Part shown: positions 18,724-27,740 of the stretch, piece by piece
Layout: each line of letters opens with the position of its first letter
How positions within the stretch are numbered: the first letter of the stretch is position 1
Origin: Candidatus Fervidifonticultor sextus
GTDB taxonomy: Bacteria; Sysuimicrobiota; Sysuimicrobiia; Sysuimicrobiales; Humicultoraceae
NCBI GenBank assembly: GCA_031459875.1
Contig: JAVKHQ010000027.1
Coordinates: 1 to 34,301 of the forward strand
Direction: 5' to 3'
DNA length: 34,301 nt
Made by a program: the position numbers and the translations under genes
The notes under the pieces: generated by a model
Seen by the model: the letters and a program-made list of their open reading frames with translations, nothing else
Databases searched by the model: none
What the model was told of the DNA's origin: nothing

Positions 18724-20187
18724 TCACGCCGCCCGGATCTCATCCACGAGGCGCCTGGCCGCCTCCGTCCCCTGCCGGATGCAGTCCGGGATGCCGATGC
18801 CCCGGTAGCCCGCGCCGGCCAGCGCCACGTGGGGCAGCGCCCGCAGGCTGGCTTCGATGGCCTCCAGCCGTTCCAGATGGCCGGGCAGGTACTGCGGCAT
18901 CGCGCGGAACCAGCGGGCGACCCGGGCAAAGACCGGCTCCGCCTCGATCCCCATGGTGATCCGCAGGTCTGCACGGGCGAGGCCGACGAGGTGCGCATCG
19001 TCCTCCTCCACGACCGCCTCGCGCCCGGCGGCGCCGAGGTAGCAGCGCAGGAGCACCAGGTCCGGCGGCGCCCGGTGCGCCCACTTGGACGAGACCCAGG
19101 TGCAGGCCGTGATCGCCAGCGGCTCCCCTCGGGCGGCGACGAATCCGTGGCCGTCGAGGGGGTGATGGATCGTCTCCCGGCGAAAGGCCAGCGTCACCGC
19201 CGCCGTTGAGACATAGGGGATGGCACGCAGGCTGGAGGCCGCCTGCGGCGCCAGCGGTTCAAGGAGCGCGGCACTGGCAAACGCCGGGGCGGCCAGCAGC
19301 AGAGCATCGGCGTCTAGCGTCCGGCCGTCGTCGAGGTCCACCAAGTACGAGGTCCGGCCCGCCTCGATCCGGCGGAGGACGCGCCTGGCCGTGCGGCCGA
19401 CCAGCAGGGTGACGCCCTCGGCGTCCTCCAGCGAGGCGCCCAGGTGCTCGACCAGCTCGCCCAGGCCGCCGACCAGGCTGAGGAAGATGGACCCGCCACC
19501 GGTGCCCTCCGGCCGTGCCGCCCCTGGTGTCGTCTCTGCGCTTCGGGTGTGCGCATTCCGCTGCCGTGCCAGCGCAGCCAGCACCAGGCTGCGGTGGACA
19601 GCCTCCCAGTCCGCCAGCACGGGAAAGGTGGCGCGCAGGCTGAGCCGGTCCGGATCGCCCGCGTAGATGCCGCCCAGCAGCGGGCCCGCCAGGCGGTCTG
19701 CCACCGCACCGCCCAGCCGCCGCCGGACGAACGCGCCGACCGTCTCGTCGCCCGATCCATGGCCCCGAGGCAGGACGAGGTCGGCGGCGGCCCGCAGTTT
19801 CTCTGTGGGCGAGAGGAGGCCGGTGCGCACGAGCGGCCACACCCGGGTCGGGATGCCCAGCGCCATTCCGTCGGGGAGGGGGTGCAGGCGGCCCCGGTAG
19901 GCGACGTACACGGCGCGACCCGGCGTCGTCCCGATCAGCCGGTCGCCCAGGCCCAGGGCGCGGCAGAGGTCCGCCGCCTGCGGCTTCGTCGCCAGGAACG
20001 AATCCGGCCCGTGCTCGATCAGGCACTCTCCGACGCGCTCGGTGCGCAGTTTGCCGCCCAGGCGCGGCTCCCCCTCGATCAGGGTGCAGCGCCACCCGGC
20101 CGTCCTGGCGCGGGGATCCGTCGCGAACGCGTAGGCCGCGGCCATCCCGGTGATGCCGCCGCCGATGATGACCAGATGCCTGCTCAC
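18724..20187 (-). CDS. cgoX: Coproporphyrinogen III / protoporphyrinogen oxidase, HemY type (CgoX)
   Basis: FAD-binding IIGGGITG, RLGGK, GPDSF, GIYAGD, AMPQY..GH, GIGIPDCI. GTG start after GGAG. Confidence 0.93.
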   Translation of the reverse strand: MSRHLVIIGGGITGMAAAYAFATDPRARTAGWRCTLIEGEPRLGGKLRTERVGECLIEHGPDSFLATKPQAADLCRALGLGDRLIGTTPGRAVYVAYRGRLHPLPDGMALGIPTRVWPLVRTGLLSPTEKLRAAADLVLPRGHGSGDETVGAFVRRRLGGAVADRLAGPLLGGIYAGDPDRLSLRATFPVLADWEAVHRSLVLAALARQRNAHTRSAETTPGAARPEGTGGGSIFLSLVGGLGELVEHLGASLEDAEGVTLLVGRTARRVLRRIEAGRTSYLVDLDDGRTLDADALLLAAPAFASAALLEPLAPQAASSLRAIPYVSTAAVTLAFRRETIHHPLDGHGFVAARGEPLAITACTWVSSKWAHRAPPDLVLLRCYLGAAGREAVVEEDDAHLVGLARADLRITMGIEAEPVFARVARWFRAMPQYLPGHLERLEAIEASLRALPHVALAGAGYRGIGIPDCIRQGTEAARRLVDEIRAA

Positions 20188-20238
20188 GTCGCGCTCCCCG
20201 CCGTGCGCTGCCGGCGCAGCGTTGCGCCCGGGCACCCC

Positions 20239-21183
20239 TCAGTGCGCTGCGACCGCATCCGCGGGCGGCTCGACGGCATGGTGCTGGACCAAGTCGGAGA
20301 GGGCCTCGATCAACAGCGGGTGATCGTTGAGCGATCCGGCGCGCACGAACCGCAGGCCCAGCGACCCGGCCAGCCCCTTCGCCTCGATGTCGAGATCGTA
20401 GAGGACTTCCAGGTGGTCGGCGATGAAGCCCACCGCGCAGACCGCCACCGCGCGCGCGCCCGACCCGTGCAGGTGCCGGATCGCCTCACCCACGTCGGGG
20501 CCCAGCCACCGGTCGGCCGTGCGGCCCGCGCTCTGGTAGGCGAAGACCCACTGCCGGATGCCGGCGCGCGAGGCGACCGCCGCCGCGGTCCGGCGCAGTT
20601 CCTCCGGATAGGGATCGCCCCAGGTCAGGATCTTTTCCGGCAGACTGTGGGCCGTGAAGATGACGGGCGTCTCGGTGCGCTCGTCCTCGGGCAGCGTCGC
20701 CATGGCGGCCTGCAGGCGGTCGGCCAGCGCGTCGATGAGGCGCGGGTGCTCGCCCCACCGCTGGACGTAGCGCATGGCCAGCGGCGGCGTCAGGCGCCTC
20801 CGGGCGGCCTCGGCGGTGCCGATGTACGTTCCGATGCTCATGCGGGAGTAGTGGGGCGCCAGCGCCACGCCGACCCCCTCCCGGAGGCCGTCGGCGGCCA
20901 TGGCGGCGACGGCCTCGGCGATAAACGGCGGGGAGTGCTTCATCCCGATGTAGACCCGGTAGCGGCCCGGCGCCTCGCGGTCCAGCCGCGCCTGCAGGGC
21001 ATCGGCCTGTCGCCGGGTGACGCCCAGTAGCGGCGAGCGCCCGCCGATGGCCCGGTAGCGCGCGGCCAGGTCCGCCAGCATCTCAGGGGACGGCCGCCGT
21101 CCGCCGCGGATGTGCGTGTAGTACGCCTCCAGGTCCTCCGGGCTGCCGGGGCTCCCGTAGGCCATCAACAGGACGCCGATCAT
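20239..21183 (-). CDS. cpfC: Coproporphyrin ferrochelatase (HemH/CpfC)
   Basis: LLMAYGSP, Y..IGG.SPL, LAPHYS, FTAHSLP, WLGPD, DHLEVLYDLD. Confidence 0.94.
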   Translation of the reverse strand: MIGVLLMAYGSPGSPEDLEAYYTHIRGGRRPSPEMLADLAARYRAIGGRSPLLGVTRRQADALQARLDREAPGRYRVYIGMKHSPPFIAEAVAAMAADGLREGVGVALAPHYSRMSIGTYIGTAEAARRRLTPPLAMRYVQRWGEHPRLIDALADRLQAAMATLPEDERTETPVIFTAHSLPEKILTWGDPYPEELRRTAAAVASRAGIRQWVFAYQSAGRTADRWLGPDVGEAIRHLHGSGARAVAVCAVGFIADHLEVLYDLDIEAKGLAGSLGLRFVRAGSLNDHPLLIEALSDLVQHHAVEPPADAVAAH

Positions 21184-22226
21184 CGTCCGCTCGGCCCGGC
21201 CACGCGCGATGCCAGCGTGGCCTCGTGGACCAGGTCCACGAGGCGCCGCAGGTGGTCCGCCGGGGTCTCGGGGAGCACCCCGTGGCCCAGGTTGAAGATG
21301 TGGCCCCGCCGCCCGCCGGCCTGCGCCAGGACGTCCCGCGCGGCCCGCTCGACGACCTCGAAGGGCGCCAGCAGCACCGCCGGGTCCAGGTTGCCCTGGA
21401 TGCCGGCTTCGCCGATCTGCGCCCAGGCGTCGTCGAGCCGGATGCGCCAGTCCACGCCGATGACGTCGCCGCCGGCCTGCGCCATCAGCCGCAGCAGCCC
21501 GGCGGTGCCGGTGCCGAAGTGGATCGTGGGGACCCCAAGCGCCCGCAGGCCGTTGAAGAGCCGGCGCATGTGGGGCAGGACCGCCCGCTCGTAGTCAGAG
21601 GGGGCCAGGGCCCCGACCCACGAGTCGAACACCTGCACCGCCTGAACCCCGGCGGCCACCTGCGCCCGCAGGTAGGCGAGCGTCGCGTCGGTCAGGTGGG
21701 CCATCAGCCGGTCCCACAGCGCCGGGGCTTCCAGCAGCATCCGCCTGGTCAGCAGGCAGTCGCGCGAGCCCCGGCCCTCGATCAGGTAACTGGCGAGGGT
21801 GAACGGCGCGCCCGCGAACCCGATGAGCGGGACCGGCGACTCGCGCCGGACCAGGCGGATCGCCTCCAGGAGGTAGGGCACGTCGCGCTCGGGCTCGAAG
21901 GTGCGCAGGGCCGCCACATCGGCGTCGCGGCGGATGGGGTGTCGGATGACCGGGCCCTGCCCCTCCACCAGATCGAACGCCACGCCCAGCCCGGCCAGGG
22001 GCAGCGCGATGTCGGCGAAGAGGATCGCCGCGTCCACCCCCAACTGCGCCACAGGCCGCAGCGTGACCTGCGCGCACAGTTCAGGAGTCCGACAGATGTC
22101 CAGCAGGGCGTAGCGCTCGCGCAGCGCCCGGTACTCGGGCTGGGAGCGGCCGGCCTGACGCATGAACCACACGGGCGTGCAGTCGGTCGGCTCTCGCCGG
22201 CAGGCGCGCAGGAACCGGTCGGTCAT
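21180..22226 (-). CDS. hemE: Uroporphyrinogen decarboxylase
   Basis: PVWFMRQAGR, DAAILF.DI, IGFAGAPFTLASY, QGNLDP, FNLGHG. True ATG at 22226; the ORF-track N-extension is spurious. Confidence 0.97.
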   Translation of the reverse strand: MTDRFLRACRREPTDCTPVWFMRQAGRSQPEYRALRERYALLDICRTPELCAQVTLRPVAQLGVDAAILFADIALPLAGLGVAFDLVEGQGPVIRHPIRRDADVAALRTFEPERDVPYLLEAIRLVRRESPVPLIGFAGAPFTLASYLIEGRGSRDCLLTRRMLLEAPALWDRLMAHLTDATLAYLRAQVAAGVQAVQVFDSWVGALAPSDYERAVLPHMRRLFNGLRALGVPTIHFGTGTAGLLRLMAQAGGDVIGVDWRIRLDDAWAQIGEAGIQGNLDPAVLLAPFEVVERAARDVLAQAGGRRGHIFNLGHGVLPETPADHLRRLVDLVHEATLASRVAGPSGR

Positions 22227-23383
22227 GTCGGGACGTAGGGGCACAGCGGGTCGCTCGCCAGGACGTTGCCCGTGTGCGCAAACGCCCGCGCGCGCGATCC
22301 GCCGCAGATCATCCGATACTCGCACCGGCCGCAGCGGTCCTGGAAGCGGGAGGGATCCCGCAGCGAGGTGAAGAGCGCGCTGGACCGGTAGAGGTGTGCC
22401 AGGGGCGTCCGCCGGACGTTGCCGGCCGCCAGGGGCAGGAAGCCCGAGGGGGTGACCTCGCCGGTGCGCGAGATGAACAGGATGCCGTTGCCGTCCCGGA
22501 TGCCGAAGCCCCGCCCGATACCGCTGCGCCGGATCCGCTCGCCGTCCCACCCGGCCGCGCGCATCTTCTGGAGGGCGACGCGGCGGAAGGACGGCGCCTC
22601 GGTGGTCTTGATGGCAAACGGCGCGCTGCCCATCAGGTCGTAGAGCCAGCCCATCAGGCGCTCGGCGGCCTCGGGCGCCAGCTCGCGCAGCGCGACGCCG
22701 CGGCCCACCGCGATCAGGAAGAACAGGCTCCACCGCTCGATGCGCATCCCGGTGAGCAGGGCGTAGACCGCCGGGAGGTCGGCGGCCGTCTCGCCGGTGA
22801 CGAGGGTGTTGATCTGCAGCGGGATGCCGGCCTCGATGGCCCAGCCCGCCGCGCGCATCGTCGTCTCGAAGCAGCCCGGGACCCCCCGGAAGGCGTCGTG
22901 GCGCGCTGCCGATGAGCCGTCCAGCGACAGCGACATGCTCTGGATGCCCGCCTCGCGCATCCGGAGGATCGCCTCGCGGGTCAGCAGGGTGGTGCCCGAC
23001 GGCGCCAGCGAGACGCCGATGCCCAGGTGCGCGGCCTCTTCGAGCAGGTCGAAGAGGTCCGGACGCTTGAGCGGGTCGCCGCCGGTCAAGACCACGTGCG
23101 GCAGCGGGGCGCCGAAGTCGAGCACCTGCCGCAGGACGCCGACGGCCTCCGGGGTCGAAAGTTCGTCGGGATCACGGTCGACCACCGCCTCGGCCCGGCA
23201 GTGCCGGCAGGCCAGGTCGCACGCCCGCGTCAGTTCCCAGTAAATCAGCATGGGCGCGCGGTCGTAGACGTACCCGGTCTGGACGGCGCGCACCGCCTCG
23301 TACGACGGTGCCGGCCGGGGTGCCGGCCTCGCGGAGGCCGCTGGCGCGGCGGCCGCCGGGCGGACCTCGGGGGCCTGGCTCAT
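22223..23383 (-). CDS. Radical SAM/SPASM protein, NirJ/AhbD-related (resembles the TIGR04053 family)
   Basis: WELTRACDLACRHCRAEA (CX3CX2C), TGGDPL, SLSLDG, C-terminal CGRCEYRMICGGSRARA...DPLC. True ATG at 23383. Confidence 0.88.
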   Translation of the reverse strand: MSQAPEVRPAAAAPAASARPAPRPAPSYEAVRAVQTGYVYDRAPMLIYWELTRACDLACRHCRAEAVVDRDPDELSTPEAVGVLRQVLDFGAPLPHVVLTGGDPLKRPDLFDLLEEAAHLGIGVSLAPSGTTLLTREAILRMREAGIQSMSLSLDGSSAARHDAFRGVPGCFETTMRAAGWAIEAGIPLQINTLVTGETAADLPAVYALLTGMRIERWSLFFLIAVGRGVALRELAPEAAERLMGWLYDLMGSAPFAIKTTEAPSFRRVALQKMRAAGWDGERIRRSGIGRGFGIRDGNGILFISRTGEVTPSGFLPLAAGNVRRTPLAHLYRSSALFTSLRDPSRFQDRCGRCEYRMICGGSRARAFAHTGNVLASDPLCPYVPT

Positions 23384-24084
23384 GACCGCACCTCTTCGGC
23401 GACCGGCGCGCCCAGCAGCGCCAGGATCGAGCGTAGCGGACGGTGGATCCCGGTCAGGATGGGGGTGTCGCGCAGCGTGTAGCGCCGGGCCTGGGTGGCC
23501 CGCAGTGCCTGCACCAGGTCCTGGAAGGCCTCCAGGTCGTCGGTCTCGTAGGCGACGATGAACTCCTGGTCGTCCAGTCCGAAGGAGTACGCCAGGAGCT
23601 GCCTGACCATCGGGAACTGGTGGCCGACCTTGATGTGCTCGTTCATCATCGTCTGCCGGGCCTCGCGGTCCAGCAGATACCACTCGGTGGTCTTGACGAA
23701 GGGATAGACGATGAGGTAGCGCCAGCGCTCGCCGACGAACATCGCCTGCTCCTGCACCGTGGGCTTCTTCACGTAGGCAGACGGCCGGACCAAGCCCAGC
23801 ATGGCGTGGGCGACCGTCATGAACCGCCCGATCCCTGCGGCCAGCAGGCCCGCCGCGGTCTCCTCCAGCGCCTCCGCCGAAGGGCCTAGCCGCCAGAGCA
23901 GCAGGTCCACATCGGCCCGCAGCCCCACCATGGAGTAGGTGTAGGTCTTCACCTGCTCCGCGGCCCGGGACACGGCCTGCCCGAAGGCGGCCGCGTCCCC
24001 TGCCCGGGCGTCGTCGGGCAGCCGCCGCCACGCAGGATCGACCTTGAGGGCCAGCACGTGCACGAACCGCCACGGCTCGTCCAT
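23380..24084 (-). CDS. chdC: Coproheme decarboxylase (HemQ/ChdC, chlorite-dismutase fold)
   Basis: VYPFVK (catalytic Tyr, Lys), WYLL...R..MM.EH (proximal His), SFGLDDQEF, YT..DTP; heme operon context. True ATG at 24084. Confidence 0.87.
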   Translation of the reverse strand: MDEPWRFVHVLALKVDPAWRRLPDDARAGDAAAFGQAVSRAAEQVKTYTYSMVGLRADVDLLLWRLGPSAEALEETAAGLLAAGIGRFMTVAHAMLGLVRPSAYVKKPTVQEQAMFVGERWRYLIVYPFVKTTEWYLLDREARQTMMNEHIKVGHQFPMVRQLLAYSFGLDDQEFIVAYETDDLEAFQDLVQALRATQARRYTLRDTPILTGIHRPLRSILALLGAPVAEEVRS

Positions 24085-25085
24085 CAGACCTCCTCCTCGC
24101 CCAACCATCGCGCCGCATCGGATGCCGCGTAGGTGATGATGATGTCGGCGCCCGCCCGCCGGATCGCCGTGAGGACCTCCAGGGTGGCCCGCCGCTCGTC
24201 CAGCCATCCCTGGGCGGCCGCCGCCTTGAGCATCGCGTACTCCCCGCTCACCCAGTAGGCGGCCAGCGGCAGCATGGTGGCCTCGCGCGCGGCCCGGATG
24301 ACGTCCAGGTAGGCGAGCGCGGGCTTGACCATGACCACGTCCGCCCCCTCCTCGACGTCCAGCGCGATCTCGCGCAGCGCCTCGCGCAGGTTCGCCGGGT
24401 CCATCTGGTAGGAGCGGCGGTCGCCGAACTGCGGGGCCGAGGCGGCGGCTTCGCGGAACGGGCCGTAGAAGGCCGAGGCGTGCTTGGCCGCGTAGGCCAT
24501 CACGGCCACCTCGGTCCACCCCGCCGCGTCCAGCGCCTCGCGGATGGCGCCGACCTGCCCGTCCATCATGGCGCTGGGGGCCACGAAGTCCGCGCCGGCG
24601 GCCGCATGCGAGACGGCGGTGCGCGCCAGCAGTTCCAGGGTGGCGTCGTTGTCCACCTCGCCGCCGACCACGACGCCGCAGTGGCCGTGGTCGGTGTAGC
24701 CGCACAGGCAGACGTCGGTCATGATGACCAGGGAGGGATGCCGCCGCCGCAGTTCCCGCACCGCCTGCTGCACGACGCCGTCGTCGGCGTAGGCCCCGCT
24801 CGCCTCGGGATCTTTGTGGTCGGGGATGCCGAACAGCAGCACCGCGCCCACGCCCAGGGCGAGCAGCTGCTCGACCTCCCGATTGAGTTCGTCGGGCGAG
24901 ACTCGCACCTGGCCGGGCAGCGACTGGATGGGCTCTCGCCGGCCCCGCCCCGCGCGTACGAACAGCGGCGCGACAAACCCCGACGGGTCTAGCCTCGTCT
25001 CCCGCACCAAGGTCCGCAGCGCCTCGGTCCGGCGCAGCCGCCTCGGTCGGCGGACCAGCTTACCGCGCAGCGCGATCTCGGGCAT
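24084..25085 (-). CDS. hemB: Porphobilinogen synthase (ALA dehydratase), Zn-type
   Basis: [46 protein letters not shown]. Confidence 0.98.
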   Translation of the reverse strand: MPEIALRGKLVRRPRRLRRTEALRTLVRETRLDPSGFVAPLFVRAGRGRREPIQSLPGQVRVSPDELNREVEQLLALGVGAVLLFGIPDHKDPEASGAYADDGVVQQAVRELRRRHPSLVIMTDVCLCGYTDHGHCGVVVGGEVDNDATLELLARTAVSHAAAGADFVAPSAMMDGQVGAIREALDAAGWTEVAVMAYAAKHASAFYGPFREAAASAPQFGDRRSYQMDPANLREALREIALDVEEGADVVMVKPALAYLDVIRAAREATMLPLAAYWVSGEYAMLKAAAAQGWLDERRATLEVLTAIRRAGADIIITYAASDAARWLGEEEV

Positions 25086-25911
25086 CGTGGGCTCCTCTCT
25101 GTGTCCGGCGGGCGTGCGACACCAAAGCGTCGAGCAGGCCCTCCGTGGTGTGTTCGGTGGCGACGACCGTCGGCGCGAAGCCTTCTTCGACGACGGCCGC
25201 GGCGGTCACCGGGCCGATACAGGCAATCGCCAGCGCACCCAGCGCTCTGCGCTCGGGGCCGAGCAGCCGCACCAGCCCGCGAACCGTCGAGGCGCTGGTG
25301 AAGATCACGGTGTCGACGCGGCGCCCCCCGATGAGTCGTCGCGCCCTGGCGCGCGACGCGGCCGGGGCCAGCACGGTGCGGTAGGCGGCGACCTCGTCGA
25401 CGACGGCACCCCGCTGGCGCAACGTCTGCGCCAGCGCCGGAGGGGCGGCATCCGTTCGGGGCAACAGGATCCGGGCGCCCGCCACATCCCGCAACGCCTC
25501 CGGGATGGCCTCGGTGACAAAGCGCGAGGGCATTGCCGCGACGGCGATCCCGGCCGCGCGCAGCACCCGGGCGGTTGCCGGGCCGACGGCCGCCCACCGG
25601 ACGGTGCGGATCGGGGCAAGATCCATGCGGAGGGCGCGCGCCCGCTCCATGATGGCGCGCGCGCCGTTCGCGCTGGTCGCGATCACCCAATCGTACCGGG
25701 CGATGCGCCGCAGGGCGTCGTCTAGGGGACCGCCGGGACGCGGCGGTTCGATGGCGATGGACGGAACGGCGAAGGCCTGCGCGCCCAGGCGCCGCAGCTG
25801 CCCACACAGCGTCCGGCTCTGATGGCTGGGCCTGGTCACCAGGATCCGGCGGCCGGCGAGCGGACGGGATCCGGCGTGTTGCTCTTCGTGTCGTCGGATC
25901 CGGGGCCTCAC
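25060..25911 (-). CDS. hemD: Uroporphyrinogen-III synthase
   Basis: ILVTRP, TSANG, AVGPATA, AYRT, FTSASTV, IGPVTA. Start uncertain; GTG 25911 overlaps the hemC stop. Confidence 0.93.
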   Translation of the reverse strand: MRPRIRRHEEQHAGSRPLAGRRILVTRPSHQSRTLCGQLRRLGAQAFAVPSIAIEPPRPGGPLDDALRRIARYDWVIATSANGARAIMERARALRMDLAPIRTVRWAAVGPATARVLRAAGIAVAAMPSRFVTEAIPEALRDVAGARILLPRTDAAPPALAQTLRQRGAVVDEVAAYRTVLAPAASRARARRLIGGRRVDTVIFTSASTVRGLVRLLGPERRALGALAIACIGPVTAAAVVEEGFAPTVVATEHTTEGLLDALVSHARRTQRGAHDARDRAAR

Positions 25912-26816
25912 GGGGCGACCTCAGCCAGCAGGCGCTGCGCGCCGGTCGCGCGCAGGCGGGCAGCCAGGTCCACGCCCACCTCGGCCGGATGGGAGGCGGG
26001 GCCCTCGAGGGTGTCGCGGACCATCGCCGTCCCGTCGCGGTCGAGCACCGCGCCCTCGAGCCGGAGCCGGGGACCCGAGACGGTGGCCAGCGCCGCGATC
26101 GGCCGCTGGCACCCGCCGCCGAGTGCGGCCAGGAACGCCCGCTCGGCCGCGACGGCCGCGCGCGTCGGCGCGTGGTCGACGGCGGCGAGGTGCTCGCGCA
26201 GGGCCGCGGCGTCGGCGCGGGTCTGGACCACCACGGCGCCCTGGCCCACCGCGGGGAGCATGACCGCGGGGTCGAGGACCTCAGCGACGCGGCCGGCCTG
26301 GCCCAGGCGTGCGAGGCCGGCGGCCGCCAGGACCAGGGCATCGACCTCGCCGGCGGACAGCTTCCGGAGGCGCGTGTCGACGTTGCCCCGGATGCCACGC
26401 ACCCCGAGGTCCGGCCGCGCCGCCAGCAGGAACGCGCGCCGGCGCGGGCTGTCGGTCCCGACCAGGGCGCCGGGCGGCAGCGCCGCCAGCCCCCGCCCGT
26501 CACGCGTCACGAGGGCATCCCGCGGGTCCTGGCGGGGCAGGAAGGCCGCCAGCACCAAGTCGCAGGAGGTCCCGCCGGGCAGGTCCTTCGCGCTGTGGAC
26601 CGCCAGGTCAATTCGCCCCTCCAGCAGCGCGGCCTCCAGGTCTTTCACGAAGGCGCCCACCCCCAGCGACGCGGCCGGCCGGTCGGGGTGGCGGTCTCCG
26701 AGGGTCCGGATGGGCACCACCTCGCAGGTGAGACCCATGCGTGCCAGCAGCGAGGTGACCTGCACCGTCTGGGCCAGCGCGAGCGCGCTGCCGCGGGTGC
26801 CGACGCGGACGATCAC
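25908..26816 (-). CDS. hemC: Hydroxymethylbilane synthase (porphobilinogen deaminase)
   Basis: GTRGSALALAQ, AVHSAKD, RGNVDTRL, PAVGQG, LGGGC..PI (cofactor Cys). Confidence 0.97.
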   Translation of the reverse strand: MIVRVGTRGSALALAQTVQVTSLLARMGLTCEVVPIRTLGDRHPDRPAASLGVGAFVKDLEAALLEGRIDLAVHSAKDLPGGTSCDLVLAAFLPRQDPRDALVTRDGRGLAALPPGALVGTDSPRRRAFLLAARPDLGVRGIRGNVDTRLRKLSAGEVDALVLAAAGLARLGQAGRVAEVLDPAVMLPAVGQGAVVVQTRADAAALREHLAAVDHAPTRAAVAAERAFLAALGGGCQRPIAALATVSGPRLRLEGAVLDRDGTAMVRDTLEGPASHPAEVGVDLAARLRATGAQRLLAEVAP

Positions 26817-27487
26817 GGCACGGCCGCTCCCGGTCCCGCCGGCGCCGGGGTCCCGTGTGCTGTCCGTTCCTGACGGTCCCAGGCCCGGAGGATGGCGGCA
26901 AAGATGGCGTCCAGCACCCCGCTGACCTCCAGCAGCGTGCGGATCTGCTCCTCGTCCAGCATGCCGCCCCGGCCGCGGGGTTCGGTGACGAGCTTCAGGA
27001 CCAGGGTGCGGAAGTGACCGAACGCCTCCGCGGCCTCGGCGGGGGTGACGCCGGCGTCGCGGAGGTCGACCCCGTACTGCCGGCCCGCTGCCAGGACACG
27101 TTCCCTGATCTCCCCGCGCGCCGCCGGCTCGGCAACGTACCTGACCACCTCTCCGAACACCTGTCGCCCGTAGGCGCGGGCCCGGGCGCGCAGAGTCTCG
27201 TCCAGGGAGGCGAACCAGGCTCGGGTCTCCAGCGGCCTGGCCGGCGAATCCGCCAGCACCCTGGCGCTGCGCCGCTCCACCAGGTGGCCCAGGTCGTCGA
27301 CTTTGGGGATCTCCCGCGTCATGAGGGTGCGCAGGTCGTCCTCGAGGAACCGGCGGTGTCCCCCTGGCGTCCGGAAGGTCCTGATCCGGCCCGTGTCGGC
27401 CCAGTGGCGCAGCGTGGCCTCATCGACCCCCAGCCACGCGGCCGCCTCGCCCAGCGACAGCCACCGTCCGCTCCGTTCCCTCGCCAT
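26813..27487 (-). CDS. Transcription regulator: BldC/excisionase-like (MerR-superfamily) HTH + helical, possibly globin-like C-terminal domain (224 aa)
   Basis: WLSLGEAAAWLGV...TLRHWAD.G.I..FRTPGGHRRF. ATG 27487 preceded by GGAG; GTGA overlap with hemC. Confidence 0.85.
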   Translation of the reverse strand: MARERSGRWLSLGEAAAWLGVDEATLRHWADTGRIRTFRTPGGHRRFLEDDLRTLMTREIPKVDDLGHLVERRSARVLADSPARPLETRAWFASLDETLRARARAYGRQVFGEVVRYVAEPAARGEIRERVLAAGRQYGVDLRDAGVTPAEAAEAFGHFRTLVLKLVTEPRGRGGMLDEEQIRTLLEVSGVLDAIFAAILRAWDRQERTAHGTPAPAGPGAAVP

Positions 27488-27500
27488 GGACTCCGTTTCA

Positions 27501-27540
27501 GATTCTGTCAAAGTCTGCGCAATCCTGCATCTCTCTGCGA
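27501..27540 (-). promoter_or_regulatory. Four direct repeats phased at exactly 10 bp upstream of the regulator (candidate operator)
   Basis: Plus-strand 10-mers gattCTGtca, aagtCTGcgc, aatcCTGcat, ctctCTGcga. Confidence 0.55.
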
Positions 27541-27740
27541 TCCCTCGGGCGACGCTAGCCATATGGTGGCCCACCGGGCGCGGGCGGGCGATAGGGTGGG
27601 CGCCCGATTTGCGCAGGGTCCCGGTCGCGCCGCCCGGGGGAATCCGGCGCCCGCCCGATTCCTCGGCGGATCGCATGTGGTAACGTGGTCTCGTAGACTT
27701 GTCAGGTGTGAGAACCCGGATCGTCTGGGAGGGAGATCGG

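Noticed and set aside
23380..24084. Chlorite dismutase (perchlorate respiration)
   Set aside because: Heme-operon context, the YPFVK Tyr/Lys motif, no signal peptide and no evident distal Arg favour ChdC.
21180..24705. Apparent long N-terminal extensions on HemE, the radical SAM protein and ChdC
   Set aside because: They are off-frame readings of the upstream genes; the true starts coincide with ATGA/TGATG overlaps.
27506..27511. Consensus TTGACA on the minus strand as the -35 of the heme operon
   Set aside because: A 17-nt spacer would put the -10 on the start codon; it is better read as part of the repeat array or an extended -10.
27488..27676. 63-aa N-terminal extension of the regulator in the ORF track
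   Set aside because: It covers the divergent promoter region; the HTH begins right after ATG 27487, which has a GGAG.
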